Source of the DNA: Parcubacteria group bacterium
GTDB lineage: Bacteria; Patescibacteriota; Minisyncoccia; Phycocordibacterales; UBA2135
Direction: 5' to 3'
Length of the DNA: 64,000 bases
NCBI GenBank assembly: GCA_016204045.1
Contig: JACQLQ010000004.1
Span: 24,981-88,980, forward strand
In this document: positions 10,566 to 19,330 of the stretch, piece after piece
How positions within the stretch are numbered: position 1 is the stretch's first letter
Layout: every line of letters starts with the position of its first letter
Made by a program: the position numbers and the translations under genes
The notes under the pieces: generated by a model
The model's input: only the letters and a program-made list of their open reading frames with translations
Databases searched by the model: none
Told to the model about the DNA's origin: nothing

Positions 10566-11012
10566 ATGAAAATAATATTACTGCAGGACGTGCCAAAGGT
10601 CGGTCGGAAATACGAGGTCAAAGACATTGCGGATGGCTTCGCACGCAATTTGCTCATACCTCAAGGGAAGGCAGAGGTGGCAACTCAAGGGGCCCTACTT
10701 CGTGTAAAGAAACATGGAGAAGAGCGCGCACGCAAAGGAAAGGAGTGGGAAGCAACTCTGGCCAAGGCCCTTACCAAAATTGACGGACAGATTGTGACGC
10801 TCGTACTCAAAGCCAATAGTAAGGGAAGTTTATTTGAAGGGATTGACGGAGAACGTGTTCGCCTCGCCTTGCAAGAGAAAACCGGAACAAGTGTTCCGGT
10901 TGAATCTCTAATCTTTGATGCCCCCATTAAGAAAGTAGGGGAGTATGAGATTAAAGTGGAGGGAGGTAAAAAGGAAGCCCGCTTTACGCTCAAGATAGAA
11001 GCGAGTCAGTAG
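10566..11012 (+). CDS. rplI: 50S ribosomal protein L9
   Basis: MKIILLQDV..G..GFARNLLIP; PIKKVGEY. Confidence 0.95.
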   Translation: MKIILLQDVPKVGRKYEVKDIADGFARNLLIPQGKAEVATQGALLRVKKHGEERARKGKEWEATLAKALTKIDGQIVTLVLKANSKGSLFEGIDGERVRLALQEKTGTSVPVESLIFDAPIKKVGEYEIKVEGGKKEARFTLKIEASQ

Positions 11013-11020
11013 GGAGAGTG

Positions 11021-11293
11021 TTAGACAACAGAGACTCGCTTTCGCCTCCACGTCTTTCCTGTGTAATGAGTCTTCCGAATCTCTTCGAACTTGACAATAC
11101 CATCTTTGAGCGCAAAGAGGGTGTGGTCCTTACCAACGCCAATGTTTTTCCCCGGAAGGATTTTGGTACCTCGCTGTCGTACCACGACAAAACCCACTTT
11201 GGTTTTTTGACCATCGTGCACCTTGGTTCCGAGATATTTCGGGTTTGAATCCGTTAGGTTTTTTGCCGAGCCACCTGCTTTCTTATGTGCCAT
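11021..11293 (-). CDS. rpmA: 50S ribosomal protein L27
   Basis: [30 protein letters not shown]. Confidence 0.97.
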   Translation of the reverse strand: MAHKKAGGSAKNLTDSNPKYLGTKVHDGQKTKVGFVVVRQRGTKILPGKNIGVGKDHTLFALKDGIVKFEEIRKTHYTGKTWRRKRVSVV

Positions 11294-11364
11294 AAAATAA
11301 CGAGTATTTTAGCGAGTATATTTTATGAGCACCGAGCACATAATGCTTTATGTGCTCCGGTGCC
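11291..11364 (-). repeat. 74-bp double-hairpin leader element, copy 1 (ends in the rpmA start codon)
   Basis: Near-identical to 13955-14028 in inverted orientation. Confidence 0.9.
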
Positions 11365-11380
11365 AAAGTCGTAATCTACT

Positions 11381-11758
11381 ATGCTACCTGATATCCTAGA
11401 AAAAGTCAAAGTAGCGTTCCGCACACTCGATAGGCAAGAGGACTGGTTTATTATTGCCCTAATTATATTGGTTGGTTTCGGGGGATTCGGGCTAGGACGG
11501 CTTTCGACTGACAAAGAAGCTAGGGAGTCTATACAGATCGAGCAGAACACGTCCCTGGGCGCTCTAGGATCCGTCAACGACCTTGGTGGGGCAATCCTGG
11601 GGCAGGTTGTTGCCTCTCGAAACGGCGGAAAATATCATTTCCCATGGTGTTCTGGGGCAGCGCGTATTACTGAAACAAATAAGGTTTGGTTTCAGAACGA
11701 GGAAGATGCGCAAAAAGCGGGATATACTCCAGCAAGTAATTGCCCTGGACTTAAATAA
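11381..11758 (+). CDS. Membrane-anchored protein with Ada-like metal-binding domain
   Basis: TM helix followed by VASRNGGKYHFPWC..I..NKVWF..A..AGY.PA..C. Confidence 0.75.
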   Translation: MLPDILEKVKVAFRTLDRQEDWFIIALIILVGFGGFGLGRLSTDKEARESIQIEQNTSLGALGSVNDLGGAILGQVVASRNGGKYHFPWCSGAARITETNKVWFQNEEDAQKAGYTPASNCPGLK

Positions 11759-11766
11759 AACACAGT

Positions 11767-12003
11767 ATGGAAAAAAATCTTAAAAAAAGTGCGATAACTG
11801 TCCTGGGCGGAGCATTTATTGTTATTGGCTTAGGGGGGCTGGTCTTGCCTTTTGTCCAAGGTATCCTTTTTATCTTCCTCGGCATCTATTTACTCTCAAT
11901 GGAGTATCAGTGGCTTAAGACAAAACTGAGCCACCTTGAGGCAAAAAACCCAACGCTAGATCGATACGCTAAGCGGTTTCGTGCTTTTTTTGATAAGATA
12001 TAA
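11767..12003 (+). CDS. Small membrane protein (PGPGW-like)
   Basis: Two TM helices GGAFIVIGLGGLVLPFVQGILFIFLGIYLLS. Confidence 0.65.
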   Translation: MEKNLKKSAITVLGGAFIVIGLGGLVLPFVQGILFIFLGIYLLSMEYQWLKTKLSHLEAKNPTLDRYAKRFRAFFDKI

Positions 12004-12015
12004 CCATAATTTGGC

Positions 12016-13239
12016 ATGGTGTATTTTACCCACAAACTGAATAGGGGATTCGTTTCGCTTTTTTCCTCACAAGCCATACGGAAGATGGCCTTGTCCCTCC
12101 TCACTGTTTTCTTGCCTATTTTCCTATTCGAGCTTTTTGACGAAAATATTTTCCTGGTCCTGGCCTTCTTTGGTGTAGCATCTTTTATGTACGCTTTTTT
12201 GCTACCACTTGGCATGCAATTCATGAATCGGTTTGGATTCAAGCGCGCCTTAATCCTTGGATCTATTTTTGGGATGCTCTATTTTGCAATCCTGGCGTTT
12301 ACCGACGCGGAGAATGTGCTTCTCCTTATTCCACTCGCACTCGTCGTGACAACGCTCTTCAAACTTTTTTTCTGGATTCCATACCATGTAGACTTTGCTA
12401 AGTTTGCGGATCCGAAAGATCGCGGGAAGGGAGTTTCTGCTATGTATGCCATGGTCTCTATTACAGGTGTTGTGGGACCCATCGTCGCCGGGTATATTTT
12501 GGATCAAACAGGTTTTGGTGTGCTCTTCTCGGTTGTCATTGCATTATATGCTCTCTCGCTCATCCCGCTCTTCAACTTGCCACAAGTAAACGAGTCGTAT
12601 AGCTGGGGATATGGCGAGACGTGGAATAAGCTTCTTTCGCGTGAATACCGACACCCGCTCATCGCTATTACCGCGTTGGGTGTCGAGAACATCATCGCAA
12701 TCGCGGTGTGGCCCCTCTTTGTTTACCTCCTTCTCAAGGGGGACCTCTTTAATGTCGGGGTTGTCTCGACCGTCATCTTCGGAGCTGTCGTCATCCTCCA
12801 GCTTGGGATGGGTAAGTTTCTGGACACTTCGGAGGGAAAACGCTACCAAACGCTCCACATTGGAAGTATCCTCTCCGCCGTCGGCTGGATTGGAAAAATG
12901 TTTGTCGTGACCGCATTTCACATCTTCATTGCCGGTTTTTATCATGGAATTACGAAAATTTTCACCGAGACGCCCTTTGACACGCTTGTATATGAAATTG
13001 CCGCAGACCAAGGGCACTACGTTGACGAGTTCACTGTATTAAAAGAGATGGCCCTCCAAATTGGCCACGTTGTCGGTATCGCAGGAACCATGCTTGCCCT
13101 TTTCTTCTTCTCTATTGAATGGACATTCCTCATTGCCGCCGGAGCAACTTTGCTCTTCAATATTCTCTACTACAGAAAGCGAGACATGCACATGCTCGTA
13201 GGGCGCCACACTGTGCCACACATGGCATTGCATAGGTAG
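12016..13239 (+). CDS. MFS transporter
   Basis: About 12 hydrophobic segments, NRFGFKRALILG motif-A-like loop, DRGKG. Confidence 0.85.
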   Translation: MVYFTHKLNRGFVSLFSSQAIRKMALSLLTVFLPIFLFELFDENIFLVLAFFGVASFMYAFLLPLGMQFMNRFGFKRALILGSIFGMLYFAILAFTDAENVLLLIPLALVVTTLFKLFFWIPYHVDFAKFADPKDRGKGVSAMYAMVSITGVVGPIVAGYILDQTGFGVLFSVVIALYALSLIPLFNLPQVNESYSWGYGETWNKLLSREYRHPLIAITALGVENIIAIAVWPLFVYLLLKGDLFNVGVVSTVIFGAVVILQLGMGKFLDTSEGKRYQTLHIGSILSAVGWIGKMFVVTAFHIFIAGFYHGITKIFTETPFDTLVYEIAADQGHYVDEFTVLKEMALQIGHVVGIAGTMLALFFFSIEWTFLIAAGATLLFNILYYRKRDMHMLVGRHTVPHMALHR

Positions 13240-13241
13240 AA

Positions 13242-13270
13242 AAAGCTGGCTACCCAAGGTAGCCAGCTTT
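13242..13270. terminator. Bidirectional intrinsic terminator
   Basis: aaagctggctacc-caa-ggtagccagcttt between convergent genes. Confidence 0.75.
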
Positions 13271-13273
13271 GAT

Positions 13274-13888
13274 TTAGTGAGAATGCCCGTGCTCGGAGCC
13301 AAACGCGAGCTTTAACGCTTGATAAAAAATCCAAAGTGCAATCACAAGTGAGAGAAGGGGGTCGACGAGGAACCATCCAAATGCCCACATGGTAACGCCA
13401 CCGACAACCACGGCCATACTCAACACCAAATCAGAGAAGATGTGCTGCAATAACGCCTCGTGGTTCTCTGTCGAGGCCTTCAGCATCTTGTGCTGGAAAA
13501 AATTTCCGATGCCACCGATGGAGGCAATGACGACGATGACGACAGGGCTTACGACCGGAACTGGATTTGTGAGACGCTCGAACGTCTCAAAAGCAACGGT
13601 ACCAGCCAAGAGAAACAGTAGCCCGATATTAATCCTCGAAGCTACCTCTCGCGCCTTGTTCTGTTTCCACAAGCGCATAAGCACGAGAGCACCGATCGTC
13701 ACTACAATTCCTGCACTGTCGGTAAACACATGCCCAGCATCGGCCCAAAGAGCCAAGCTTCCTGAATACCATCCGCCGAAAATCTCGAGAATTAAGATCG
13801 CTATGGTGAGCCCAAGTACCAACGAGAGCCGTCTGACCTCACACCAACACGTGGCGGGGCCAGGGCAGTCAGGGTAGTGTCCTGCCAT
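13274..13888 (-). CDS. Cation diffusion facilitator (CzcD/ZitB-like), lacking the C-terminal cytosolic domain
   Basis: SGSLALWADAGHVFTD, HIFSD, DPLLSLVIA; His-rich tail HGHSH. Confidence 0.85.
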   Translation of the reverse strand: MAGHYPDCPGPATCWCEVRRLSLVLGLTIAILILEIFGGWYSGSLALWADAGHVFTDSAGIVVTIGALVLMRLWKQNKAREVASRINIGLLFLLAGTVAFETFERLTNPVPVVSPVVIVVIASIGGIGNFFQHKMLKASTENHEALLQHIFSDLVLSMAVVVGGVTMWAFGWFLVDPLLSLVIALWIFYQALKLAFGSEHGHSH

Positions 13889-13954
13889 GGGAAACTTCCG
13901 CCACTTGAAATTCTAAGATTTTTATAGCATACTGCTAGCACATTGTCATTGTAT

Positions 13955-14028
13955 GGCACCAAAGCACATAACGCGTTATATGCTCGGTGCTCATAAAATA
14001 CACTCGTTAAAACACTCGTTATTTTATG
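13955..14028 (+). repeat. 74-bp double-hairpin leader element, copy 2 (ends in the pduO start codon)
   Basis: ggcaccaaagcacataacgcgttatatgctcggtgctcataaaatacactcgttaaaacactcgttattttATG. Confidence 0.9.
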
Positions 14029-14697
14029 GCACTCTACACCGGAAAAGGGGATGCGGGGACAACAAAAGTGATCGACTCAAAGGAGCGTTTTTCAAAGGCC
14101 TCAAGACTCGCTGAGGCGCTGGGGTCATTAGACGAGCTCAACTCGTTTATTGGGCTTTGCAAAATAAAGGCGTCCTCGGGGCAAGCCGCGCGGCATTCGC
14201 CTATGTTTCGTCTTCGCTCGGACGAAATGAGAACACGCTCTCATTTCGCATCTTCGCTCGACGAAATAAAATCAGAAGACATTGACTCTGAATCTGTTCG
14301 TGTAAATGGAAAAGAGGTGAGTGTGTCCTATATACTCCACGAGGTACAAGAAAACCTATTTATCGTGCAAGCTCAAGTGGCGGGGTCTGATAAGAAAATC
14401 GTTAAGAAAAAAGTAACGCAAGCAGAACGATATATAAACACTATAGAGAACATTATTCCGCCTATCAAAGGATTTACTATTGCGGGGGCAACCGAGCTCT
14501 CGGCGCTTCTCGATGTAGTCCGTACCATAGCTCGGAGGACTGAGAGGAGAGTGGTCTTACTGCACGATACAAAAGAGCGGAAACTCACCAAAGATACTTT
14601 GGCGTACATGAACCGTCTTTCATCGCTCCTATTTGCATTGGCGCGCCTTGCCTCGCACCAAGCGGGTGTAAAAGAGAGAACTCCTACATATCGCTAA
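14026..14697 (+). CDS. pduO: PduO-type ATP:cob(I)alamin adenosyltransferase with an in-frame repeat-derived insertion of about 30 aa
   Basis: LYTGKGDAGTT, EALGSLDELNSFIG, RTIARRTER, YMNRLSSLLF. Confidence 0.9.
   Translation: MALYTGKGDAGTTKVIDSKERFSKASRLAEALGSLDELNSFIGLCKIKASSGQAARHSPMFRLRSDEMRTRSHFASSLDEIKSEDIDSESVRVNGKEVSVSYILHEVQENLFIVQAQVAGSDKKIVKKKVTQAERYINTIENIIPPIKGFTIAGATELSALLDVVRTIARRTERRVVLLHDTKERKLTKDTLAYMNRLSSLLFALARLASHQAGVKERTPTYR
14174..14270 (+). repeat. Palindromic element inside pduO (TTTCGTC/GACGAAA family, copy 1)
   Basis: Outer stem tgtttcgtc/gacgaaata, internal ttcgctcg repeats, inner stem cgaaatgaga/tctcatttcg; homologous to 24662-24737. Confidence 0.85.
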
Positions 14698-14759
14698 CAT
14701 CTTTTAGGTGAGTTTGACAAAAGTGTAATAGTATTGTATTTTCATTTTAGAGGGTTGCC

Positions 14760-15557
14760 TTGATAGGAGAGGTGATGACAGAGAAGACACGAGACGCGAA
14801 CTGGGCAGGGTCTTTTTTTGGTGGTCCGCGTGATTTCTATGGCACGACGTACACTCGCTTTGGCAGACTGCCGAAAGATCCCGAAAAAGAAATTGATGGC
14901 GTTCTTGCGTTGCTCAAACCAGAACCCGGTAGTCATATTCTCGACTGGTGTGGTGGCTGGGGTAGGCACGCAATCCCGCTTGCCAAGAGGGGCTTTCGGG
15001 TCACTATTCTTGATTTCTCAGCCAAATATCTCGAACGAGCACGCGAACACGCAGAGCGTGAAGGAGTAGAAATAACCACTGTGTGCGCTGATTTTCGAGA
15101 CACACCGCCTCACATTCAAGCGGATTACGCCGTGAACCTGTTTACGGCCGGACTTGGTTACTTTGGTGAAGAGGACGATATCGTGGCACTAAAACGTTTA
15201 TTTGCCGCGCTTAAGCCGGACGCCAAAGTGTTAATAGATACAATAAGTTTGTTCTGGATCGTAAAAAACTTCAGGGGCCATAACTGGGAGGAGACGGCTG
15301 ATGGTAGGGGACGGTTCCTGCATAAAAGGACCTTCGATTTTGGAACTAACACGGAACGAGCGATAAATACACACCAGGATCTCGACAAAGGAACAGAGGA
15401 AACGGCAAATGTTGAACTTAAGCTATATTGTCCTGCTGATTTGGCTAGAATCCTGAAGAGTGCTGGTTTCGTTCCACAAGAGTTGTATGGTGGTTTTGAT
15501 GGTTCGGGGTTCAACTTTGATGCCAAGAGAGTTGTGATGCTGGCTGGAAGACCTTAA
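14760..15557 (+). CDS. Class I SAM-dependent methyltransferase
   Basis: ILDWCGGWGRH motif I, LDFSAKYL, CADFRD, LKPDAKVLID; probable start at ATG 14775 after AGGAG. Confidence 0.88.
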   Translation: MIGEVMTEKTRDANWAGSFFGGPRDFYGTTYTRFGRLPKDPEKEIDGVLALLKPEPGSHILDWCGGWGRHAIPLAKRGFRVTILDFSAKYLERAREHAEREGVEITTVCADFRDTPPHIQADYAVNLFTAGLGYFGEEDDIVALKRLFAALKPDAKVLIDTISLFWIVKNFRGHNWEETADGRGRFLHKRTFDFGTNTERAINTHQDLDKGTEETANVELKLYCPADLARILKSAGFVPQELYGGFDGSGFNFDAKRVVMLAGRP

Positions 15558-15653
15558 CTTGATGTACGGGCGGCTTGAGAAGCCGCTTTTTGATTTCTGC
15601 TGAATAGTGGGGTCGCCAGACAAAGAAGGGGTAGGCTGGTTCAAGCTTGATGT

Positions 15654-15771
15654 AGCGTCCTACAATATACATTTTGAGACACTAAAGCCCTCCAAGGGCG
15701 GTTAGTGTCTTAAAATGTGGCGATATTGCGGGACATTACGGGCAATGTCCCGCAATATCTTTTAGGACGTT
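15654..15771. other. Branched inverted-repeat element (closing stem plus two long hairpins) between convergent genes
   Basis: agcgtccta/taggacgtt enclosing hairpins 15669-15718 and 15722-15759. Confidence 0.7.
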
Positions 15772-15779
15772 ACTATCAA

Positions 15780-16103
15780 TTAACGAGCTGCTGGCGGCTC
15801 AATTCTTGCCACCTCTTCAAAATTCCCAATTACTTCTATGTCTCCAAATTCTTTGTGTCGGTCTAAGGTGTTCTGAATCTCTGCGCTCTCCGAATGCAAT
15901 TTTTTCATTGCAATATCTCGTGCTTCTTTTGATTCCCATTCTGCAATTGCAATAAGTGTCCCTGGTTCATCAAGATTTCTATATAACACAGTGCCTTTTG
16001 CACCTGCTGATTTTTGAATAGCCGCGCTTCCCTTCCTCCAGGCATCAACATACTCTTGTTCGGTGTGTTCTGTCCTAATTTGCACTCTAAAGATGAATTT
16101 CAT
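15780..16103 (-). CDS. Antibiotic biosynthesis monooxygenase (ABM) family protein
   Basis: GAKGTVLYRNLDEPGTLIAIAEWESKEA dimeric alpha/beta barrel signature. Confidence 0.8.
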   Translation of the reverse strand: MKFIFRVQIRTEHTEQEYVDAWRKGSAAIQKSAGAKGTVLYRNLDEPGTLIAIAEWESKEARDIAMKKLHSESAEIQNTLDRHKEFGDIEVIGNFEEVARIEPPAAR

Positions 16104-16119
16104 GGGTCCAGAACTTTTC

Positions 16120-16266
16120 CTATACCTTTGGAATCTCTAGGCTACCCCACACATCATCTTTCTCACACCAAAAAACGGTGCGGTCGTATTGTTTGCCATT
16201 ACGCGAGTTTGAGCTGGTGTCTTCCACCTTTGCAACCATTTCTTCGCTACATTTTGGGCATTTCAT
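16120..16266 (-). CDS. Small zinc-ribbon-like protein (48 aa)
   Basis: Own translation: MKCPKCSEEMVAKVEDTSSNSRNGKQYDRTVFWCEKDDVWGSLEIPKV*; fills the gap between co-oriented genes. Confidence 0.65.
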   Translation of the reverse strand: MKCPKCSEEMVAKVEDTSSNSRNGKQYDRTVFWCEKDDVWGSLEIPKV

Positions 16267-16289
16267 AGAATACTTAAGGGACTATATAC

Positions 16290-16616
16290 TTAATACTGCG
16301 GCTGCGCACCCTGCGGCGCCCCACTCTCAAGATCATTTGGTTCACCACGCTTAATTTTCTCCATATTCTCGACAAAGGATGACCAAATGAGCTTTAAAAA
16401 GATTTCATCCCAAAAATACCTCACGGGCTCGCCCAAATATTCAGCCCAGACAAAGACAACCCAACCCCACACATATTGGAAATTGCTCTGTGACTGCTCC
16501 GACTCGACTATGCTCCTGATATCAATACTGAAATAACTCAACACCAAAATACCGATAATGATCAAAATAACAAACTTTATTAGGCCCCTTTGGTTGTTTG
16601 AGGAGTATCTATACAT
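16290..16616 (-). CDS. Small membrane protein with prepilin-like N-terminus
   Basis: NQRG|LIKFVILIIIGILVL. Confidence 0.65.
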   Translation of the reverse strand: MYRYSSNNQRGLIKFVILIIIGILVLSYFSIDIRSIVESEQSQSNFQYVWGWVVFVWAEYLGEPVRYFWDEIFLKLIWSSFVENMEKIKRGEPNDLESGAPQGAQPQY

Positions 16617-16650
16617 TGCTTGTACTATACCACAGCAGAAAACCCATTGT

Positions 16651-17967
16651 CTAACGTATTCCCGGTAAGTACGACAGCGGGTTTAAATACCCATTTCTTG
16701 GCGAAAGTGGGAGCTTGAGGTAGGTCCCGCATACCTTACTTCGGTATTCGTCGGTGACCCGCACCGCGGAGGCGGCATAGACTGTAAAGTGCAGGTGCGG
16801 CCCCGTTGAATACCCCGTATTACCACTGTAGCCAATGACATCCCCAATCTTAACTTCTTGCCCAGGTTCGGCCCGAATGAGTGAGAGGTGCGCGTACAGC
16901 GTTGAGAGATTGTTGTAGTGCCGTATAAGCACCCATTTGCCGTATGAAGCCCCGTCGCAAGCCCTGTCTGTGTCTCCGGTGTCAGTGACCACTCCGTTGG
17001 CCGCCGCGCGTATAATAGTGCCGTTAGGAGCCCTGAGATCAATGCCGTTATGCCCACCACCGTTGTACACTTGCGGGTTCTGACTTGCGAACGGGGTGTT
17101 TCCGAAGTATTGCGTTATAGAAACGTTGTCCACCGGCCAGCGGAGAAGCGCGCCTATCTGCGGCAAGGAGTTAGGGTCAATCTCGAGCTGAATCTGAGAT
17201 TCAAAATCTCGAATTTCTCTTTCGAGCGCCTCTTTAAGCGCCTGCTTTTCTGAGAGTATCTTCTTGTAGTTGGACTCTTGGTTCTTGGTCTCTTTCAGCA
17301 ACGCGAGTTTCGATTTGCGGTTTGCTGTTTCCAATTCTTTTTGATCGACAAGACGCTCAGCCAAAGAAACATGCTCCTCTTTTTCTTTTGTCCGCAATGT
17401 TCGTTTCTCTTCGAGCGAAACCTTGAGTGTTTGTAGCTCTTTTACAGTTTTGTGCACGTTGGCCTGGAGTTGGCCGAGACTCTCAACGGTATCCCAAAAC
17501 ACAGAAAAACTATCTTCCCTAAGCAATATTTCGACCAAGGTCTCGGACTCAAGTTCATGAACACGGCGGACAATCTCGCTGATGGCGGCGCTGTTCTTCT
17601 CGATGCCGGCATTCTTGTCCTCGATCTCCCCCGTTAGGGTCGTAATGTTTCGAGATGCCGCCGCTATACGCTGCTCCGTCAAACGGATATCCGTTTGTAA
17701 TTTTTTTTCCGTCAACTCTATTTGGCCCACCGTATTCTGAAGTGTCTTGGCCTCTTTATCAAGTGCATTCAAACGCGACTCGTATCCCTTGATTTCCTTT
17801 TCGAGTTCGAGAATAAGAGAGTTCCGTTTTTCTATTTCGGAACGTAACGTCTCTGTCGTTTGGCCAAAGACAGTGCCACTCAAAGAAATTACCCCGCCGA
17901 CGAGAAGCAAGAGAAATGCGGCTCGTTGTAAAAACACGGATATCTTCATATTGATTGCCCTCATCAC
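16651..17967 (-). CDS. Coiled-coil M23 peptidoglycan endopeptidase (EnvC/NlpD-like architecture)
   Basis: Signal peptide, long coiled coil, HNGIDL, LYAHLS, STGPHLHF. Confidence 0.9.
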   Translation of the reverse strand: MMRAINMKISVFLQRAAFLLLLVGGVISLSGTVFGQTTETLRSEIEKRNSLILELEKEIKGYESRLNALDKEAKTLQNTVGQIELTEKKLQTDIRLTEQRIAAASRNITTLTGEIEDKNAGIEKNSAAISEIVRRVHELESETLVEILLREDSFSVFWDTVESLGQLQANVHKTVKELQTLKVSLEEKRTLRTKEKEEHVSLAERLVDQKELETANRKSKLALLKETKNQESNYKKILSEKQALKEALEREIRDFESQIQLEIDPNSLPQIGALLRWPVDNVSITQYFGNTPFASQNPQVYNGGGHNGIDLRAPNGTIIRAAANGVVTDTGDTDRACDGASYGKWVLIRHYNNLSTLYAHLSLIRAEPGQEVKIGDVIGYSGNTGYSTGPHLHFTVYAASAVRVTDEYRSKVCGTYLKLPLSPRNGYLNPLSYLPGIR

Positions 17968-19316
17968 GACCTGAGCATTACAAGTGCGGTATTAAGTCGT
18001 TTGAGCGTTTCGTCTTTTCCAAATACATGCGCGAGCACAAATGGGTCTGGTGATTTGGCGAGCCCAGAGAGAGCATAGCGCATGGGCCACAAAACAGAAC
18101 CTCTACCCTTTTCTGTTGCATAATCCCACACATTCCCCTTCACATACTCTGCATTCCAGCTTGCTGGCGGTATTTCTGTAAGGATGTTGACAATATCTTT
18201 TAGATATTGTGTTGTGTTTTCTTGTGTCTCTCCTTTCCAAAACAAAACTTCTTTATTTGGGTATTCTGGAGCCTCAAAGAAATACCGGAGCTCTCCCCCG
18301 CTTACAAGTGTTTCGATGTCCCCAAACTTGAAGATGCGCTCCCGTAACACTGGCGCCATTTTTTGCAGACGATCATCGCTATATTGAGGAAGTGAGGTAA
18401 TTTCTTTTGGGAAAAACGCTTGTGCATAATCCCAAAATGCCACGTCAGAAAGTTTTCGTATGTGCTCGGCGTTTATCCAATCGAGTTTCTGAACATCAAA
18501 AACAGCTCCACTTTTATGAATTCGTTCGAGCGAAAATTGCTCTACGAGTTGTTCGAGAGTAAACACTTCTTGCCCTTCCTTCTCTGGAGACCAGCCGAGG
18601 AGTGCTAGAAAGTTGAGGAGCGCTTCTGGTAAATACCCAAGTTTCCCGTATTCACTAACGGGCATAGCACCATGACGTTTAGAGAGCTTACTTCGATCGG
18701 GCGCAAGGACGAGAGGTATGTGAACATAGATAGGTCGCGGGGCGCCGAGTGCTTCTTGGATCAAGATTTGTCGCGGAGTATTTGAGATGTGGTCCTCTCC
18801 GCGTATCACGTGCGTTACACCTGACTCAAAGTCATCGATGACCACGGCGAGATGGTAAAGCGGTTCTGTGCTACTCCGAGCAATGACAAAGTCGCCAAGC
18901 TCTGTGGTATCAAATGATATCTCGCCACGAACAAGGTCGGTGAACGTTACCTGTGTGCCCGGATTTCGAAATCGAATGACTTTCCCGCTCCCCTTTTCTT
19001 TTTCTTCTTCTGACTCATACGCCGCTCCGCTTACCAATAGCTTCTCCACGTGCTTTTTATATATATCCCCACGCTCACTCTGCCGGTACATCTCATCATG
19101 CGAAAGATTGAGCCACTTGAGACCGTCCAAAATATCCTCTTCAAACGCTTTGGTCGAACGCTCCCGATCAGTATCTTCAATGCGCAAAATCATCTTCCCA
19201 CCATACTTCCGCGCAGCAAGATAATTAAAGAGGGCCGTCCGGGCACTGCCGACATGTAAAGAGCCCGTCGGTGACGGAGCAAATCGGGTAATCATTTTTG
19301 GAGCATCTGATGCCAT
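17964..19316 (-). CDS. gltX: Glutamate--tRNA ligase
   Basis: RFAPSPTG.LHVG, IRGEDHISNT, KLSKR. Confidence 0.97.
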   Translation of the reverse strand: MASDAPKMITRFAPSPTGSLHVGSARTALFNYLAARKYGGKMILRIEDTDRERSTKAFEEDILDGLKWLNLSHDEMYRQSERGDIYKKHVEKLLVSGAAYESEEEKEKGSGKVIRFRNPGTQVTFTDLVRGEISFDTTELGDFVIARSSTEPLYHLAVVIDDFESGVTHVIRGEDHISNTPRQILIQEALGAPRPIYVHIPLVLAPDRSKLSKRHGAMPVSEYGKLGYLPEALLNFLALLGWSPEKEGQEVFTLEQLVEQFSLERIHKSGAVFDVQKLDWINAEHIRKLSDVAFWDYAQAFFPKEITSLPQYSDDRLQKMAPVLRERIFKFGDIETLVSGGELRYFFEAPEYPNKEVLFWKGETQENTTQYLKDIVNILTEIPPASWNAEYVKGNVWDYATEKGRGSVLWPMRYALSGLAKSPDPFVLAHVFGKDETLKRLNTALVMLRS

Positions 19317-19330
19317 GCTTTACACTACCA

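Noticed and set aside
15600-15660. GGTTCAAG resembling a tRNA T-loop
   Set aside because: No cloverleaf, acceptor stem or anticodon arm could be built.
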